Source of the DNA: Dehalococcoidia bacterium
Lineage (GTDB): Bacteria > Chloroflexota > Dehalococcoidia > SHYD01
Direction of reading: 5' to 3'
Length of the DNA: 37,325 bases
NCBI GenBank assembly: GCA_009692935.1
Contig: SHYE01000003.1
Coordinates: 1 to 37,325, forward strand
In this document: positions 1-9,196 of the stretch, piece by piece
How the letters are laid out: each line of letters starts with the position of its first letter
Numbering within the stretch: position 1 is the first letter of the stretch
Program-made: the position numbers and the translations under genes
The notes under the pieces: generated by a model
What the model was told of the DNA's origin: nothing
What the model saw: the letters and a program-made list of their open reading frames with translations, nothing else
Databases searched by the model: none

Positions 1-1
1 C

Positions 2-1231
2 TTCGGCGTGCTCGGCGCGGTCGTGTGCGGCGCGTTCTGCGGCGTACTGCCGTGCGTTATCCAGCACCACCGCGGCTAACGATGCCAGCTGTCCCACCAG
101 TTCCGCTTCCTCAGGCTGGAACTTACGGCGACGGCGGGTGCCGAGGTACAACGCGCCCAGCGCCTGACCGCGAGCCTCGAGCGGCGCCACGATCAGCGAC
201 ACCAACCCCATGGCGGCAATGCGCTGCTTGTAAGCCGGCAAGAAACGGTCGTCGCTCGCGTAGTCATCAATGACCAGCGGCGTCTTGCCCCAAATCGCTA
301 TGTTGCCAGCCCCGGCCGTCACCGTCACCGGCGGCTGGCTGCGCTGGCGACGCAGGCCGCTCGACGTGACGGTGCGCAGACGCCCGGTGGCTGGATTGAG
401 CAACGAGATGAACGCCGAGTCCACCCCGAGCAGCGTGCGTGCATCGAGCACGACATGACGCAAGATCGCCTGGGGCTCCATTGCCAGCGTGATGCGATTG
501 GCGATGGCCTGGAGCGCCGTCCAGCGCTCACTCCGCCGCTGGGTCTGCTGGTAGAGCGCGGCGTTCCGGATGGCTACAGCAGCGTACTGCGCCAGCTCCT
601 CCACCAGCTCTTGATCCTCTGCGGTGAACTCGGCGGCACCGATCTTGTCGGTCAGGTAGATGTTCCCGATGTTCCGGCCTTGGTTCAGAATGGGAACGCC
701 CAGCAGGCTCTGCATGCGGGGATGATTGGGCGGGAACCCGACTGAACTGGGATGACGGCTGATACTCGCAACCCGTACGGTGCGGTTTTCCTTGAACAGC
801 TCGCCCAGTAGTCCCCGGCCTTGGGGCAATGGGCCCAGCGCCGTCCGCTGTGCCTTGGTGAAACCCACGGTGTAAAACTCTCGGATTGCACCATCCTGCT
901 CCATCACGGCCAGCGCGCCGTAGCGCGCCTGCACCAGCGAACGCGCTTGCTCCGCCAGGCGTTGCAGCACCACCTCGGGGCGCAACTCAGACGCCAGCAG
1001 CAGAACCGTACCCCGCAACTGCCGGCGCCGGCTTGCCTCTGTTGTCGCAGGACTGCTGGCGGTGAGAAGCTGTGCCGCGTACGCTTGCACCGCCTCAGCC
1101 GTGAAGCGGGGATAGCCGCCGGGCGTGCGTGCCACGGGTAACAGTAGCCCGCGCTTCACCGCGCGACTGAGGGTTGTGTGGTGGACTCCGACTGCGGTAG
1201 CGGCATCGCGCAGTGACAGGTAGGGCGGCAT
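2..1231 (-). CDS. HTH (excisionase/MerR-like) + GAF + GAF sensor/regulator, 3' end outside window
   Basis: Hand translation from ATG 1231 (GGAG RBS) is open to the window edge: MPPYLSLRDAATAVGVHHTTLSRAVKRGLL..RTPGGYPRF (HTH), then ARYGALAV..GRGLLGEL..SVGFPPNHPRMQSLLGVPI..GNIYLTDK (DevS-type GAF), then a second GAF. Absent from the ORF track because there is no stop in the window. Confidence 0.85.
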   Translation of the reverse strand, partial: MPPYLSLRDAATAVGVHHTTLSRAVKRGLLLPVARTPGGYPRFTAEAVQAYAAQLLTASSPATTEASRRRQLRGTVLLLASELRPEVVLQRLAEQARSLVQARYGALAVMEQDGAIREFYTVGFTKAQRTALGPLPQGRGLLGELFKENRTVRVASISRHPSSVGFPPNHPRMQSLLGVPILNQGRNIGNIYLTDKIGAAEFTAEDQELVEELAQYAAVAIRNAALYQQTQRRSERWTALQAIANRITLAMEPQAILRHVVLDARTLLGVDSAFISLLNPATGRLRTVTSSGLRRQRSQPPVTVTAGAGNIAIWGKTPLVIDDYASDDRFLPAYKQRIAAMGLVSLIVAPLEARGQALGALYLGTRRRRKFQPEEAELVGQLASLAAVVLDNARQYAAERAAHDRAEHAE

Positions 1232-1318
1232 TGAGTGCTCCAAGGGTGGGTGAATGGCGCAACTGGTGCAATCTTATCAGGCTGCTGGCCGCCGCGGGCG
1301 CTGCTCCCGGGATCGACG

Positions 1319-2992
1319 CTAGTCAAGGCGGAACCGCGCCTGGTTTTCGCCCAGGCGCATCAGCACGGCGTCGACACCGCCACTGAGGTCTCCTGCCGTT
1401 GCGGCGTCCAGCAGCGCTTCAACCTGCTGGCGAAGTCCGGGCGTATCTTGGTTGGTCAGCTTGAGGAGGCGCTGCGTGCCGGCATCCCATCCCAGCACTA
1501 TCACTGGGAGACCTCCCGGCGCTGCTCGCCAGGTTGAGACAGCGCTGCGCACGTGATCCGCGCACTGCGACGCACAACAATGCACCTCAGAGCGGGTGAT
1601 AACACCGGCCCGCTGCGTGAAATCGACTGCGCTGAACGGCGGCAGCAGGGCGAAGGGCGAGCTAAACCCCCACAGCCAGGTGCGCAGCGCTGGATCGGAG
1701 CCCGTTGGCGGTGCGCCAAGCACCACCAAGGTGCCGGCCGGCGCAGCGTTGAGCTGCTCCCGAACATCGCGGGCTATCACGCTCGAAAAGTCGCCGGCCG
1801 CCTCCCACTCGCCCGATGTCGTACGCAGCAGCGCGTATGACCCCAACAGGAGCAAGAGCCCTCCCCCCGCCACTGACCCTCTGGCCACCCTTGAGCCGCG
1901 GTCCCAAGGCACCCAGGCCAAGAGGGCGCAGCAAAGCGCGAGGCCGGCCGAGGTGAGGTACAGGTGGTGAGCCGTGAAATAGCCCACCACCGCTAAAGGC
2001 CCTACGGTCGCCAGCCACCAGAAGGGTCCCAGGTAGAGCAGGCGCCACCACGTTCCCTTTGGCAGCACAGCCCGCCGGACACAAGCAACCACGAAAGCTC
2101 CGCCCAGGCGGGCCAACCCCAGAACAACAGACAGTGTGTCCCAACCGGCTACCGGGCGCTCCAACCCCGTGAGCGCAGCGACCAGATAGGTTGGTTGTCG
2201 CCGCAGGAACTGCTCCACTAAGCCCATGCCCAGAAGGTCCTCCCGGACTGCGTTGCTGAAGAGCAGCAGCCGCAGGATCAGATACCCAACGGTCAGCAGC
2301 ACAAACGGAGCAAGGGCGCCCCACGCGGCGCGGGTACGTAGGCGCGGGCATCCACCGTGCACCAGGTCCCAGCACACCAGGGCCACGGGTAGCACAATCG
2401 CCGACTGCTTGCTGAACAAAGCCAGGAAGCAAGACATCAGCGCCAGGCTGTACCATCAGGCGCCTCGCTTAGTTCGCCAGAAGTGGTAGGCCAACAGCGT
2501 CAGAAGCATGAACAGTGACGGCAGCGAATCGGCCCGCCCGCTGATCCAGACCACCGTCTCGGCATGCGCGGGCATCAGCGCGAAAAGCACCGCGGCGAAA
2601 GCGGCGCCAAGCCAAGGGAGCGCTGCACCGCTTCGGGCCAACGCCAGCACCAGCAGCGTGTTCCCCAGGTGCAGCAAGATGTTCGTCACGTGGTAGCCGA
2701 CGGGGTTCGCCGCGCCCCAACGCGCGTCCAGCCAATACGAGAAGGCGAGGGTCGGCCTGATCTCGTCGGCGCGGTACCCGTAGATGGTCTCCGTCCAAGG
2801 CGCTGCGAACAGGCTCAGGAAGTGCGCCGGCGGTTTGTCCCACAACAGCCAAATGAGCCCGAAGTCATCGGAGAGGAAGTAGCCGTGCAGCGCGCCCAGG
2901 AACGGCAGCACTGCGGCCAGGGTGGCGACCGCCGTGCTCAGCAGCCTTGGCGAGCGGAAGGCGCCCATCCTGCGCACTAGTAGGCGATGCAT
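1319..2992 (-). pseudogene. Polytopic membrane glycosyltransferase (GT-C/PMT-TMTC-like) broken by an in-frame TGA at 2456-2458
   Basis: ORFs 2456..2992 and 1319..2437 share a frame (RGA*WYSLALMSCFLALFSKQ). Motifs FLSDD, YHVTNILLH, HAETVVWISGR and LFSK are typical of GT-C membrane glycosyltransferases. Confidence 0.75.
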
Positions 2993-3013
2993 GTGGACTG
3001 ATATTCGGCGAGG

Positions 3014-3146
3014 CGGGAGAGTCCACAGAGGACTGCGGCCCTTGGCGCTTGCCCTGAGCAGTGTCGAAGGGGCGGGGTGTTCGAAGGCGAATCCCCTCGA
3101 TTCCTAAGAAGTGCAATGGGTGGGCGGAGGGAACCCTCGCGCTACT
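3014..3146. repeat. REP-like intergenic palindromic element
   Basis: Contains gcttgccctgagcagtgtcgaaggg, a motif shared with 31989-32062, and has an architecture similar to 5355-5460. Confidence 0.5.
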
Positions 3147-3192
3147 CCGAAGGCCGCGATGCCGGGCGGGCAATATCACCTGCGTCGCACCA

Positions 3193-3594
3193 CTAGTGCG
3201 AAAGGGCGGATTGGCCGCTCGGGCCCTTCCGTATCACGATAACGTTATGCGCTGAAAACGTACGGACACCCGGAATCGCCTCCAGTATCCGCTCTACCAC
3301 CCCCAGCACTGGGAGACTCCATGCGGGGGCGAAGTCGGGCACCCAGCCGCGGTACAGGCAATCGACCTGCAGCGCGGCATCCTCGGTGATGGCCTCGGTG
3401 ATCTCGTGTTGCGGTATCAACCGAGTGGCTTCCTGATCCTGCGGCACGCGCGCCATCAGCAGCGGCCAGTACGGGTTGCGCCGTTTGAGATAGTGGGCTA
3501 CGACGGCCGGCGCGAGGCTATCGTTATACTCCGCGGCAATCGCATCGAAGTGGCGGCCGGTGTGCACGTGCGGCGCGCTGTTATTCGCACTCAC
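3193..3594 (-). pseudogene. Class I SAM-dependent methyltransferase remnant (internal deletion)
   Basis: Methyltransferase-like N-terminus (HFDAIAAEY) joins directly to a C-terminal part (NPYWPLLM..VERILEAIPGVRTFSAHNVI). No GxGxG SAM motif; only 133 aa. Confidence 0.55.
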
Positions 3595-4319
3595 TTCCGG
3601 GCGCCACCGCCCGGCCGGGCAAACAGCACCTTCAGTGGTCCCAGCTTCGGCAGGCTTGCCAACCGATAGCGCAGCACCATGCCGATCATCTGGAAGCCCA
3701 GTATCAGCGCTTTGCTGGTGTGGCCGGTCACCGAAGAGACGCCGACCCGGCGCTGGTAGTTCACCGGTACCTGCACCACCCGCTGGCCGTGGATGAAGGT
3801 GAGCAGCATCATCTCGAGACCGAAGGCGCTGCCGCCACCAGTGAAGTGAGGGCTGATGGTCTCGAGCGCCGGGCGCGAGAGATACCGCATGGTGCAGCCA
3901 ACGTCACTGAGCGTGGAAGAGTTGAACAGGAACTCCATGAGTTTCGCCACGCCGTAGTTGCCCCACTTGAGCCACCACCCCATGTTCGAGCCGTCCCAAA
4001 TGAACTCGCGGTGGGTGGGAGTACCGAACACCACGTCGCGCCCGGCAAACGTGCCATCGGGCTCAGAAACAATCACGCCGTCGCCAACAGCCACCTCGAA
4101 CCCTTTGCGGATAGCGTGCCCGTACCCCTGCTTTATCTCGTAGACCAGCGTAGCGCCCGTCCCGGCAACCTCTTCGTCGGTGCCGGCCGCGGCGTTGTTG
4201 TTGACCACGATGACTTCGTCGACGACGCCGGTGGCAAAGAAGTCGAGTACCGCAGCGCGGATCGAGTCCTTCTCGTTAAAGGTTGGGAAGATGACCGAGA
4301 TCTTCTTGCCCTGCCAGAT
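3591..4319 (-). pseudogene. GT2 glycosyltransferase (DPM1-like) with ATC at the expected start and a probable short internal deletion
   Basis: Frame extends upstream of the track start: GAGGAG RBS, then ATC-WQGKKISVIFPTFNEKDSI..DEVIVVNN..QGYGHAI..EPDGTF..LSDVGC. Confidence 0.7.
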
Positions 4320-4417
4320 GAGCTACTCCTCGTGATTCCTGACCCGCTGGTTCCGGCAACTGGAGCGGACGATCCGTCTGGCAGATGATACCAGAGGAGC
4401 GCAGGGGCCGGAGGCGC

Positions 4418-5080
4418 TCAGCCGAGACCGAGCGCGGCGGGAAGGTCACCAAACGCCTTCAGTACGATATCTGCCCCGAGCTGCGAAGCCGGCACCGGGG
4501 TGTAGCCGTAGGGCACCAGGACCACCGGCATGCCACCCGCCCGTGCCGACGCGACGTCGTTGCCCGCGTCACCGACCATCACCGCAGAGACCCCTGTAGC
4601 TCCGAGACGCTCCAGGGTGAGCTGCAGATGGCGGGGGTCCGGCTTCCGGTGCGGCACATCGCCCCCCACGACCACCGCGAAATGACGCCGCAGGTCGAGC
4701 GCCGTCAGCAGTTGCTCGGCCAGCCTATCGGGCTTGTTGGTGCACACCGCTAACCGGCAGCCGACGGCGACAAGCTTCTCCAGCGTCTCGGCTACGCCGG
4801 GATAGACCACCGACTGGTCAGCAACACTGCCGGCGTACACCGCCAGGAATCGCTGCACCACTGGATTGAGGTCCGGCGGGACGGACCCAGTAGCAGCGAA
4901 AGCACGCTCCACCATCTTCGCCGTGCCATCGCCGATCATGTTCTTCACCGCCGCTACCGCAACGCCGTGACGCTGATGCTCGCGCAGCACCACGTTCAGT
5001 GCGGCCGTCAGGTCAGGGGCGGTGTCGACCAGCGTGCCATCGAGATCGAATACGACGACGGCAGGAGTGGCAAGCGTCAC
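4418..5080 (-). CDS. gph: Phosphoglycolate phosphatase (HAD superfamily)
   Basis: FDLDGTLVDT, CTNK, KPDP and MVGD motifs. Start moved to GTG 5080 because the longer track ORF overlaps the tRNA. Confidence 0.85.
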   Translation of the reverse strand: MTLATPAVVVFDLDGTLVDTAPDLTAALNVVLREHQRHGVAVAAVKNMIGDGTAKMVERAFAATGSVPPDLNPVVQRFLAVYAGSVADQSVVYPGVAETLEKLVAVGCRLAVCTNKPDRLAEQLLTALDLRRHFAVVVGGDVPHRKPDPRHLQLTLERLGATGVSAVMVGDAGNDVASARAGGMPVVLVPYGYTPVPASQLGADIVLKAFGDLPAALGLG

Positions 5081-5115
5081 TTGGGACCTTTGTGAAGGGG
5101 TGGTTTGGCGGCTAT

Positions 5116-5190
5116 TGGTGGGCCCAGCTGGATTCGAACCAGCGACCAAACGGTTATGAGCCGTCCGCTCTGCCGCTGAGCTATGGGCCC
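5116..5190 (-). tRNA. tRNA with CAT anticodon, most likely tRNA-Ile2 (lysidine-modified)
   Basis: GGGCCCATAGCTCAGCGGCAGAGCGGACGGCTCATAACCGTTTGGTCGCTGGTTCGAATCCAGCTGGGCCCACCA folds as a cloverleaf with encoded CCA. The anticodon arm GACGG-CTCATAA-CCGTT resembles Ile2 and lacks the three G-C pairs of initiator tRNA. Confidence 0.92.
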
Positions 5191-5354
5191 CAACGCCACG
5201 TGTGCACAGTATACTGGAACTCCTGGCCGCCCCGAGCAGCACGCTGACTCCCATCGCTGGAGGCTCGGCCGCGTCCTCCCCGCATGGTCGGATAGACCTG
5301 CGGGCTAAAGCCACGCAGCACCACCACACAGTAGCCGATGCCTCTCGTCTCGGC

Positions 5355-5460
5355 AGGGGAGTTCTGAGGGGACGGCGAGTCCTCTCAGGCAGGGGTGTGG
5401 GGGTGTCCCCCACTTCGAGACCTCGGGGGCGGGCGGTCGGGAAGAGCCAACGCTCCGCTG
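5355..5460. repeat. REP-like GC-rich palindromic element
   Basis: Hairpins ctgagggga..tcctctcag and gtgggggtgtcccccac lie in the tRNA-infC intergenic region. Confidence 0.5.
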
Positions 5461-5530
5461 ACGGCCGCGGACTCAGAGCGCACTGGGCGGTGCCTCATCA
5501 AGTCTGAGCCCTTACCGGCACATGCACGCG

Positions 5531-5560
5531 TTGACCGTGTTTTTGTGCCTGTGCTATAGT
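5531..5560 (+). promoter_or_regulatory. Sigma70-type promoter of infC-rpmI-rplT
   Basis: TTGACC, 18-nt spacer, then TATAGT with an extended TG; about 40 nt upstream of infC. Confidence 0.65.
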
Positions 5561-5602
5561 TCCTTTATAACGGTCGGTCAGCGTAGTAACAGGGGGTGTT
5601 CG

Positions 5603-6154
5603 ACGCCTAAGGATTTTCGGCTCAATGAGCAGATTCGAGTGCCAGCGGTTCGCGTCATCGGCGCGGAGAGCGAGCAACTTGGCATCATGACCGTGCAGGA
5701 AGCGCTGCGGATGGCGCGCGAGCGGGACGTTGACCTGGTAGAGGTAGCCCCAACCGCACAGCCACCAGTCTGCCGCCTCATGGACTATGGCAAGTTCCGT
5801 TACGAACAGGCCAAGAAGGACAAAGAGGCGCGCAAGCACCAGCACACGGTCGAACTCCGGGAGATCCGGTTCCACCCCAAAATCGGCGTGCATGATATCA
5901 ACTACAAGATGAAGCATGCGCACGAGCTGCTTGAAGAGGGCGACAAGGTGAAGGTGAGCGTTCTGTTCCGAGGGCGCGAGAACACCCACCCCGAGCTGGG
6001 ACACGCATTGCTGGCCCGCTTTCTCGAAGGGCTAAAGGATGTCTCCATCATCGAGCGAGGTGTCATGGCTGAGGGCCGCAATCTGAACGTTATACTGGCC
6101 CCGGGCAAGGTTCACAAGCCCGCGACCGCTAAACCATCGGAGCAGGACAACTAA
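5603..6154 (+). CDS. infC: Translation initiation factor IF-3 (probable ACG start)
   Basis: RLNEQIR..VRVIG..DLVEVAP..PPVCRLMDYGKF..GDKVKV..FRGRE. RBS AGGGGGTG is followed by in-frame ACG. Confidence 0.96.
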   Translation, partial: TPKDFRLNEQIRVPAVRVIGAESEQLGIMTVQEALRMARERDVDLVEVAPTAQPPVCRLMDYGKFRYEQAKKDKEARKHQHTVELREIRFHPKIGVHDINYKMKHAHELLEEGDKVKVSVLFRGRENTHPELGHALLARFLEGLKDVSIIERGVMAEGRNLNVILAPGKVHKPATAKPSEQDN

Positions 6155-6155
6155 C

Positions 6156-6359
6156 GTGCCGAAGATGAAAACCCATAAGGGTGCAGCAGCCCGTTTCCAC
6201 ATCACAGGAACTGGGAAGATTCTCCGAATGAAGGGTGGCAGCAGCCACCTCCGCCGCAATAAGGCCTATCGGGCCAGAAGCCTGTACGACAGCAAGGTAG
6301 CCGTGCACGATGCCGATGTGCCACGGTTGCTGCGCCTCATGCCGTACGGCTTACCCTAA
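6156..6359 (+). CDS. rpmI: 50S ribosomal protein L35
   Basis: MPKMKTHKGAAARFHITGTGK; canonical synteny with infC and rplT. Confidence 0.97.
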   Translation: MPKMKTHKGAAARFHITGTGKILRMKGGSSHLRRNKAYRARSLYDSKVAVHDADVPRLLRLMPYGLP

Positions 6360-6383
6360 TCAGAACACCCTAGGAACGAATCT

Positions 6384-6734
6384 GTGGCAAGAGTTAAACG
6401 CGGAGTAACGGCCAGGCATCGACATCACGCGGTGCTGGAGCTCACAAAGGGCCATTGGGGCAGCAATCACAAGCTTTACCGGCGTGCCCATGAATCCATG
6501 GTGCATTCGCTGGCCTACGCCTATCGTGATCGGCGCGACCGCAAAGGCCAGATGCGGAAGCTGTGGATCATCCGCATCAACGCGGCCGCCCGCTTGGCCG
6601 GACTGTCCTATAGCGCACTGATGCACGCCTTTAAAGAGGCCGGCATCGAAATCAACCGGAAGATGCTCGCAGACCTCGCCGTCCGCGATGCGTCGGCGTT
6701 CCAACAACTGGTACAACAAGCCACCGCAAGATAG
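6384..6734 (+). CDS. rplT: 50S ribosomal protein L20
   Basis: [38 protein letters not shown]. Confidence 0.98.
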   Translation: MARVKRGVTARHRHHAVLELTKGHWGSNHKLYRRAHESMVHSLAYAYRDRRDRKGQMRKLWIIRINAAARLAGLSYSALMHAFKEAGIEINRKMLADLAVRDASAFQQLVQQATAR

Positions 6735-6782
6735 CCCGGAACTGTGCGCTAGCGGCACCGTTCCAGGCTCCCAGGAGGGCCA

Positions 6783-7319
6783 ATGGAGAGGGTCGCAGAG
6801 CGCGCGGTTCTTGTGTTGAACGAGAACTACGAGCCGTTGCATATATGCACGGCTCGTCGTGCTGTAGTGCTGATCGGCCGTGGTAAGGCCGAGGTGCTGG
6901 AGCACGACGAAGCGCTGCCTTTACGCACCACCGATCAGGCCTTTCCGGTACCCTCGGTTATTCGGCTGGTCTACCTCATTCGCCGGCCGCGCCCGCATCG
7001 GAAGCTGACCCGCAAGGAGATCTTCCAGCGGGACCGCTACACCTGCCAGTACTGCGGCAAAGAATCTCGCGACCTGACACTCGACCACGTGGTACCGCGC
7101 ATCCGCGGCGGCCGCCACACCTGGGAGAATCTGGTGAGTGCCTGCCGCCAGTGCAACCATCGGAAGGGCAGCAAGTCTCCCGAGGAGGCTCGCATGCGTC
7201 TGGCCAAGCAGCCGGAAATCCCCCGCAGTACGCCGTACTACATCGTGTATCACTACATCGACGTGCGTATCGAGTGGCGCAAGTTCATCCCCGAGGGCGA
7301 GCTGGCGGCACTGGCTTGA
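6783..7319 (+). CDS. HNH endonuclease family protein
   Basis: VLVLNENYEPL N-terminus; RDRYTCQYCG..TLDHVVPR..GG.HTWENLVSACRQCNHRKG. Confidence 0.92.
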   Translation: MERVAERAVLVLNENYEPLHICTARRAVVLIGRGKAEVLEHDEALPLRTTDQAFPVPSVIRLVYLIRRPRPHRKLTRKEIFQRDRYTCQYCGKESRDLTLDHVVPRIRGGRHTWENLVSACRQCNHRKGSKSPEEARMRLAKQPEIPRSTPYYIVYHYIDVRIEWRKFIPEGELAALA

Positions 7320-7377
7320 GTCCGAGACACCGTGCGAACCGAACGCGTGAGCATCCGATTCCAGCGACCTCCCACGG

Positions 7378-8070
7378 ATGACCCTAGCAAACTTCGACTG
7401 GATCAGTTTGGTGTACGGGGTCGCCGCGCTGTTCATCGCCGTAGAACTCGTGCGCAACCGGCGAGACTTCGTGGATACGCTGTTTACCGCCGATGACCGC
7501 GCTCTGGCGGTGCGGGTCGGGTTCCTATGGCTCACACCCTTCGGCGTGCTCATCCACGAGGTAGCACACTGGTTGCTGGCTCAGAGTGTGGGCGCCAGCA
7601 ACGTCCGCATGGACTATCGGTTCTATTGGGGGTTCGTCTCTTACCGCGGCCTACTGCCCGCTGAGGCCTCATTCGCGATAGCGGCAGCGGGACCGCTGGC
7701 CAGTGCCTTGCTGGCTGTCGCCGCCCTGGTCGCCGCGTTGAGGGCGCCCCAACCCTTCAGGACGGTGCTCGGCGTCTTCGGCATAACCACCGCCGGTTTC
7801 GTGCTGGTGATCTACCCCATAATGTCGTTCATTGGCCCGGTTGGTGATTTCCGCATAATCTATGCCGATCGCACGCCTAGCTTAGGCGCGGCCGCAGGTG
7901 TGTTTCACATGGCACTGCTGGCCATGAGCGCTTGGCTGTACTACCGCCGCGGGCCGATGACACCCGTGCGTCCATCTTGGGGGTGGCAGCCGGCGGCCCC
8001 AGCGCCAAACCCGCTGCCGCTTGAAACACCGCCGGACCAGCCAACGAGGCCGACGCAAGACCCACCATAG
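7378..8070 (+). CDS. Membrane zinc metalloprotease, M50-like
   Basis: LIHEVAH motif, IAAAGPLAS and GD motif, several hydrophobic segments. Confidence 0.7.
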   Translation: MTLANFDWISLVYGVAALFIAVELVRNRRDFVDTLFTADDRALAVRVGFLWLTPFGVLIHEVAHWLLAQSVGASNVRMDYRFYWGFVSYRGLLPAEASFAIAAAGPLASALLAVAALVAALRAPQPFRTVLGVFGITTAGFVLVIYPIMSFIGPVGDFRIIYADRTPSLGAAAGVFHMALLAMSAWLYYRRGPMTPVRPSWGWQPAAPAPNPLPLETPPDQPTRPTQDPP

Positions 8071-8132
8071 CCCCGGCCCGCCTGCCGGAGGTGCGCTACA
8101 CTGCAAGGCACCCATAGCCGAAGGAGCCCCCC

Positions 8133-8912
8133 ATGCGCACCAACACCACCAAAGCCAAGCTCGCCCAGGGCAAGACCGTCTTCGGGGCCATCGTCAGCTC
8201 CTACGCGCCCGATATGGTGGAGATGCTCGGCCTCATCGGCTACGACTTCGTGTTCTTGGATTGCGAGCACGGCCCCATGAGCTGGGACCAGGTGGAAAAC
8301 ATGGTGCGGGCCGCCGAGCTGTTCGGCATCACCCCCATCGCCCGCGTGCCCGACCAGGGAGCATCCACCCTGCTGCGATACCTGGACCGCGGCGTGCAGG
8401 GCGTGATTGTGCCGCACGTGAATACGCGGGAGCAGGCCGAACGGGTGGCCGCGGCCTGCCGCTACTATCCCGACGGCCAGCGCGGCGCCGCCAGCGGCCG
8501 CGCCCACGACTACAACGTTGGCGTGGGCCGCGAAGAGAGCATGGCCTGGATCAACAGCCAGGTGCTGGTGATTCCCATGTGCGAGGAGGTGGAGGCCACC
8601 AAGAACCTGGAGCAGATTCTGCAAGTGCCGGGGGTCGATGTGGTGCACGTGGCGTCGAACGACTTGGCGCAGAGCATGGGTAATCCGCCCATGGCCGAGG
8701 TACGCACGCTGATGGCCGACCTCATGCGCCGCATTCGCGCCGGGGGCAAACACGCGGGATGCGGCGGCAACTCGCCCAGCGATACGGCAGGCGTCGCAGC
8801 GCTCATGGACCAGGGGGCAGACTTTGTGACGGTGCAGGCGCTGGGCCTGATGCGTACGGGCGCCGACGCGTTCCGCCACGGGGTGGAGGCCGCGGTGAAG
8901 CGGTCGGCATGA
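8133..8912 (+). CDS. HpcH/HpaI aldolase family protein
   Basis: GYDFVFLDCEHG, ARVP, LDRGVQGVIVPHV, MCEEVEA..GVDVV..NDL. Confidence 0.9.
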   Translation: MRTNTTKAKLAQGKTVFGAIVSSYAPDMVEMLGLIGYDFVFLDCEHGPMSWDQVENMVRAAELFGITPIARVPDQGASTLLRYLDRGVQGVIVPHVNTREQAERVAAACRYYPDGQRGAASGRAHDYNVGVGREESMAWINSQVLVIPMCEEVEATKNLEQILQVPGVDVVHVASNDLAQSMGNPPMAEVRTLMADLMRRIRAGGKHAGCGGNSPSDTAGVAALMDQGADFVTVQALGLMRTGADAFRHGVEAAVKRSA

Positions 8913-9105
8913 CACCAACGCGCCCCCACCCGACACAGCGGGCCCTCCTGCGGCCTCTCCAGGGTGCAGGGCGTTGTTGCAGGTAACGCGCAGGCAGCGA
9001 AGGGGTGTCCACGAGTGCTCCCCCCCTTGAAGGGAGGAGCTTGAGGAGGGTGGAACGTCCCGCGGATTACCGCGTACCACAAAGCGGTTCACCCGCTCCC
9101 CAAGT

Positions 9106-9133
9106 TTGACAGGGGTGTCTCGCACCCTATAGT
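9106..9133 (+). promoter_or_regulatory. Sigma70-type promoter of the substrate-binding protein gene, with a palindromic spacer (possible operator)
   Basis: TTGACA, 16-nt spacer, TATAGT; the spacer contains gggtg-tctcg-caccc. Confidence 0.6.
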
Positions 9134-9196
9134 TTGACCTAATCCCGCGGTGCTCTCGCATCGGACACTCGCATCGCGGCTCATCGGAGGCTTGGC

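Noticed and set aside
1-5190. tRNA-anchored integrative element
   Set aside because: No integrase or duplicated tRNA 3' end was seen within the window, and GC is host-like. It cannot be excluded beyond the left edge.
6783-7319. HNH gene after rplT as a homing or mobile endonuclease
   Set aside because: It has host-like GC, no flanking intron or repeats, and belongs to a widespread stand-alone VLVLN..YEPL family.
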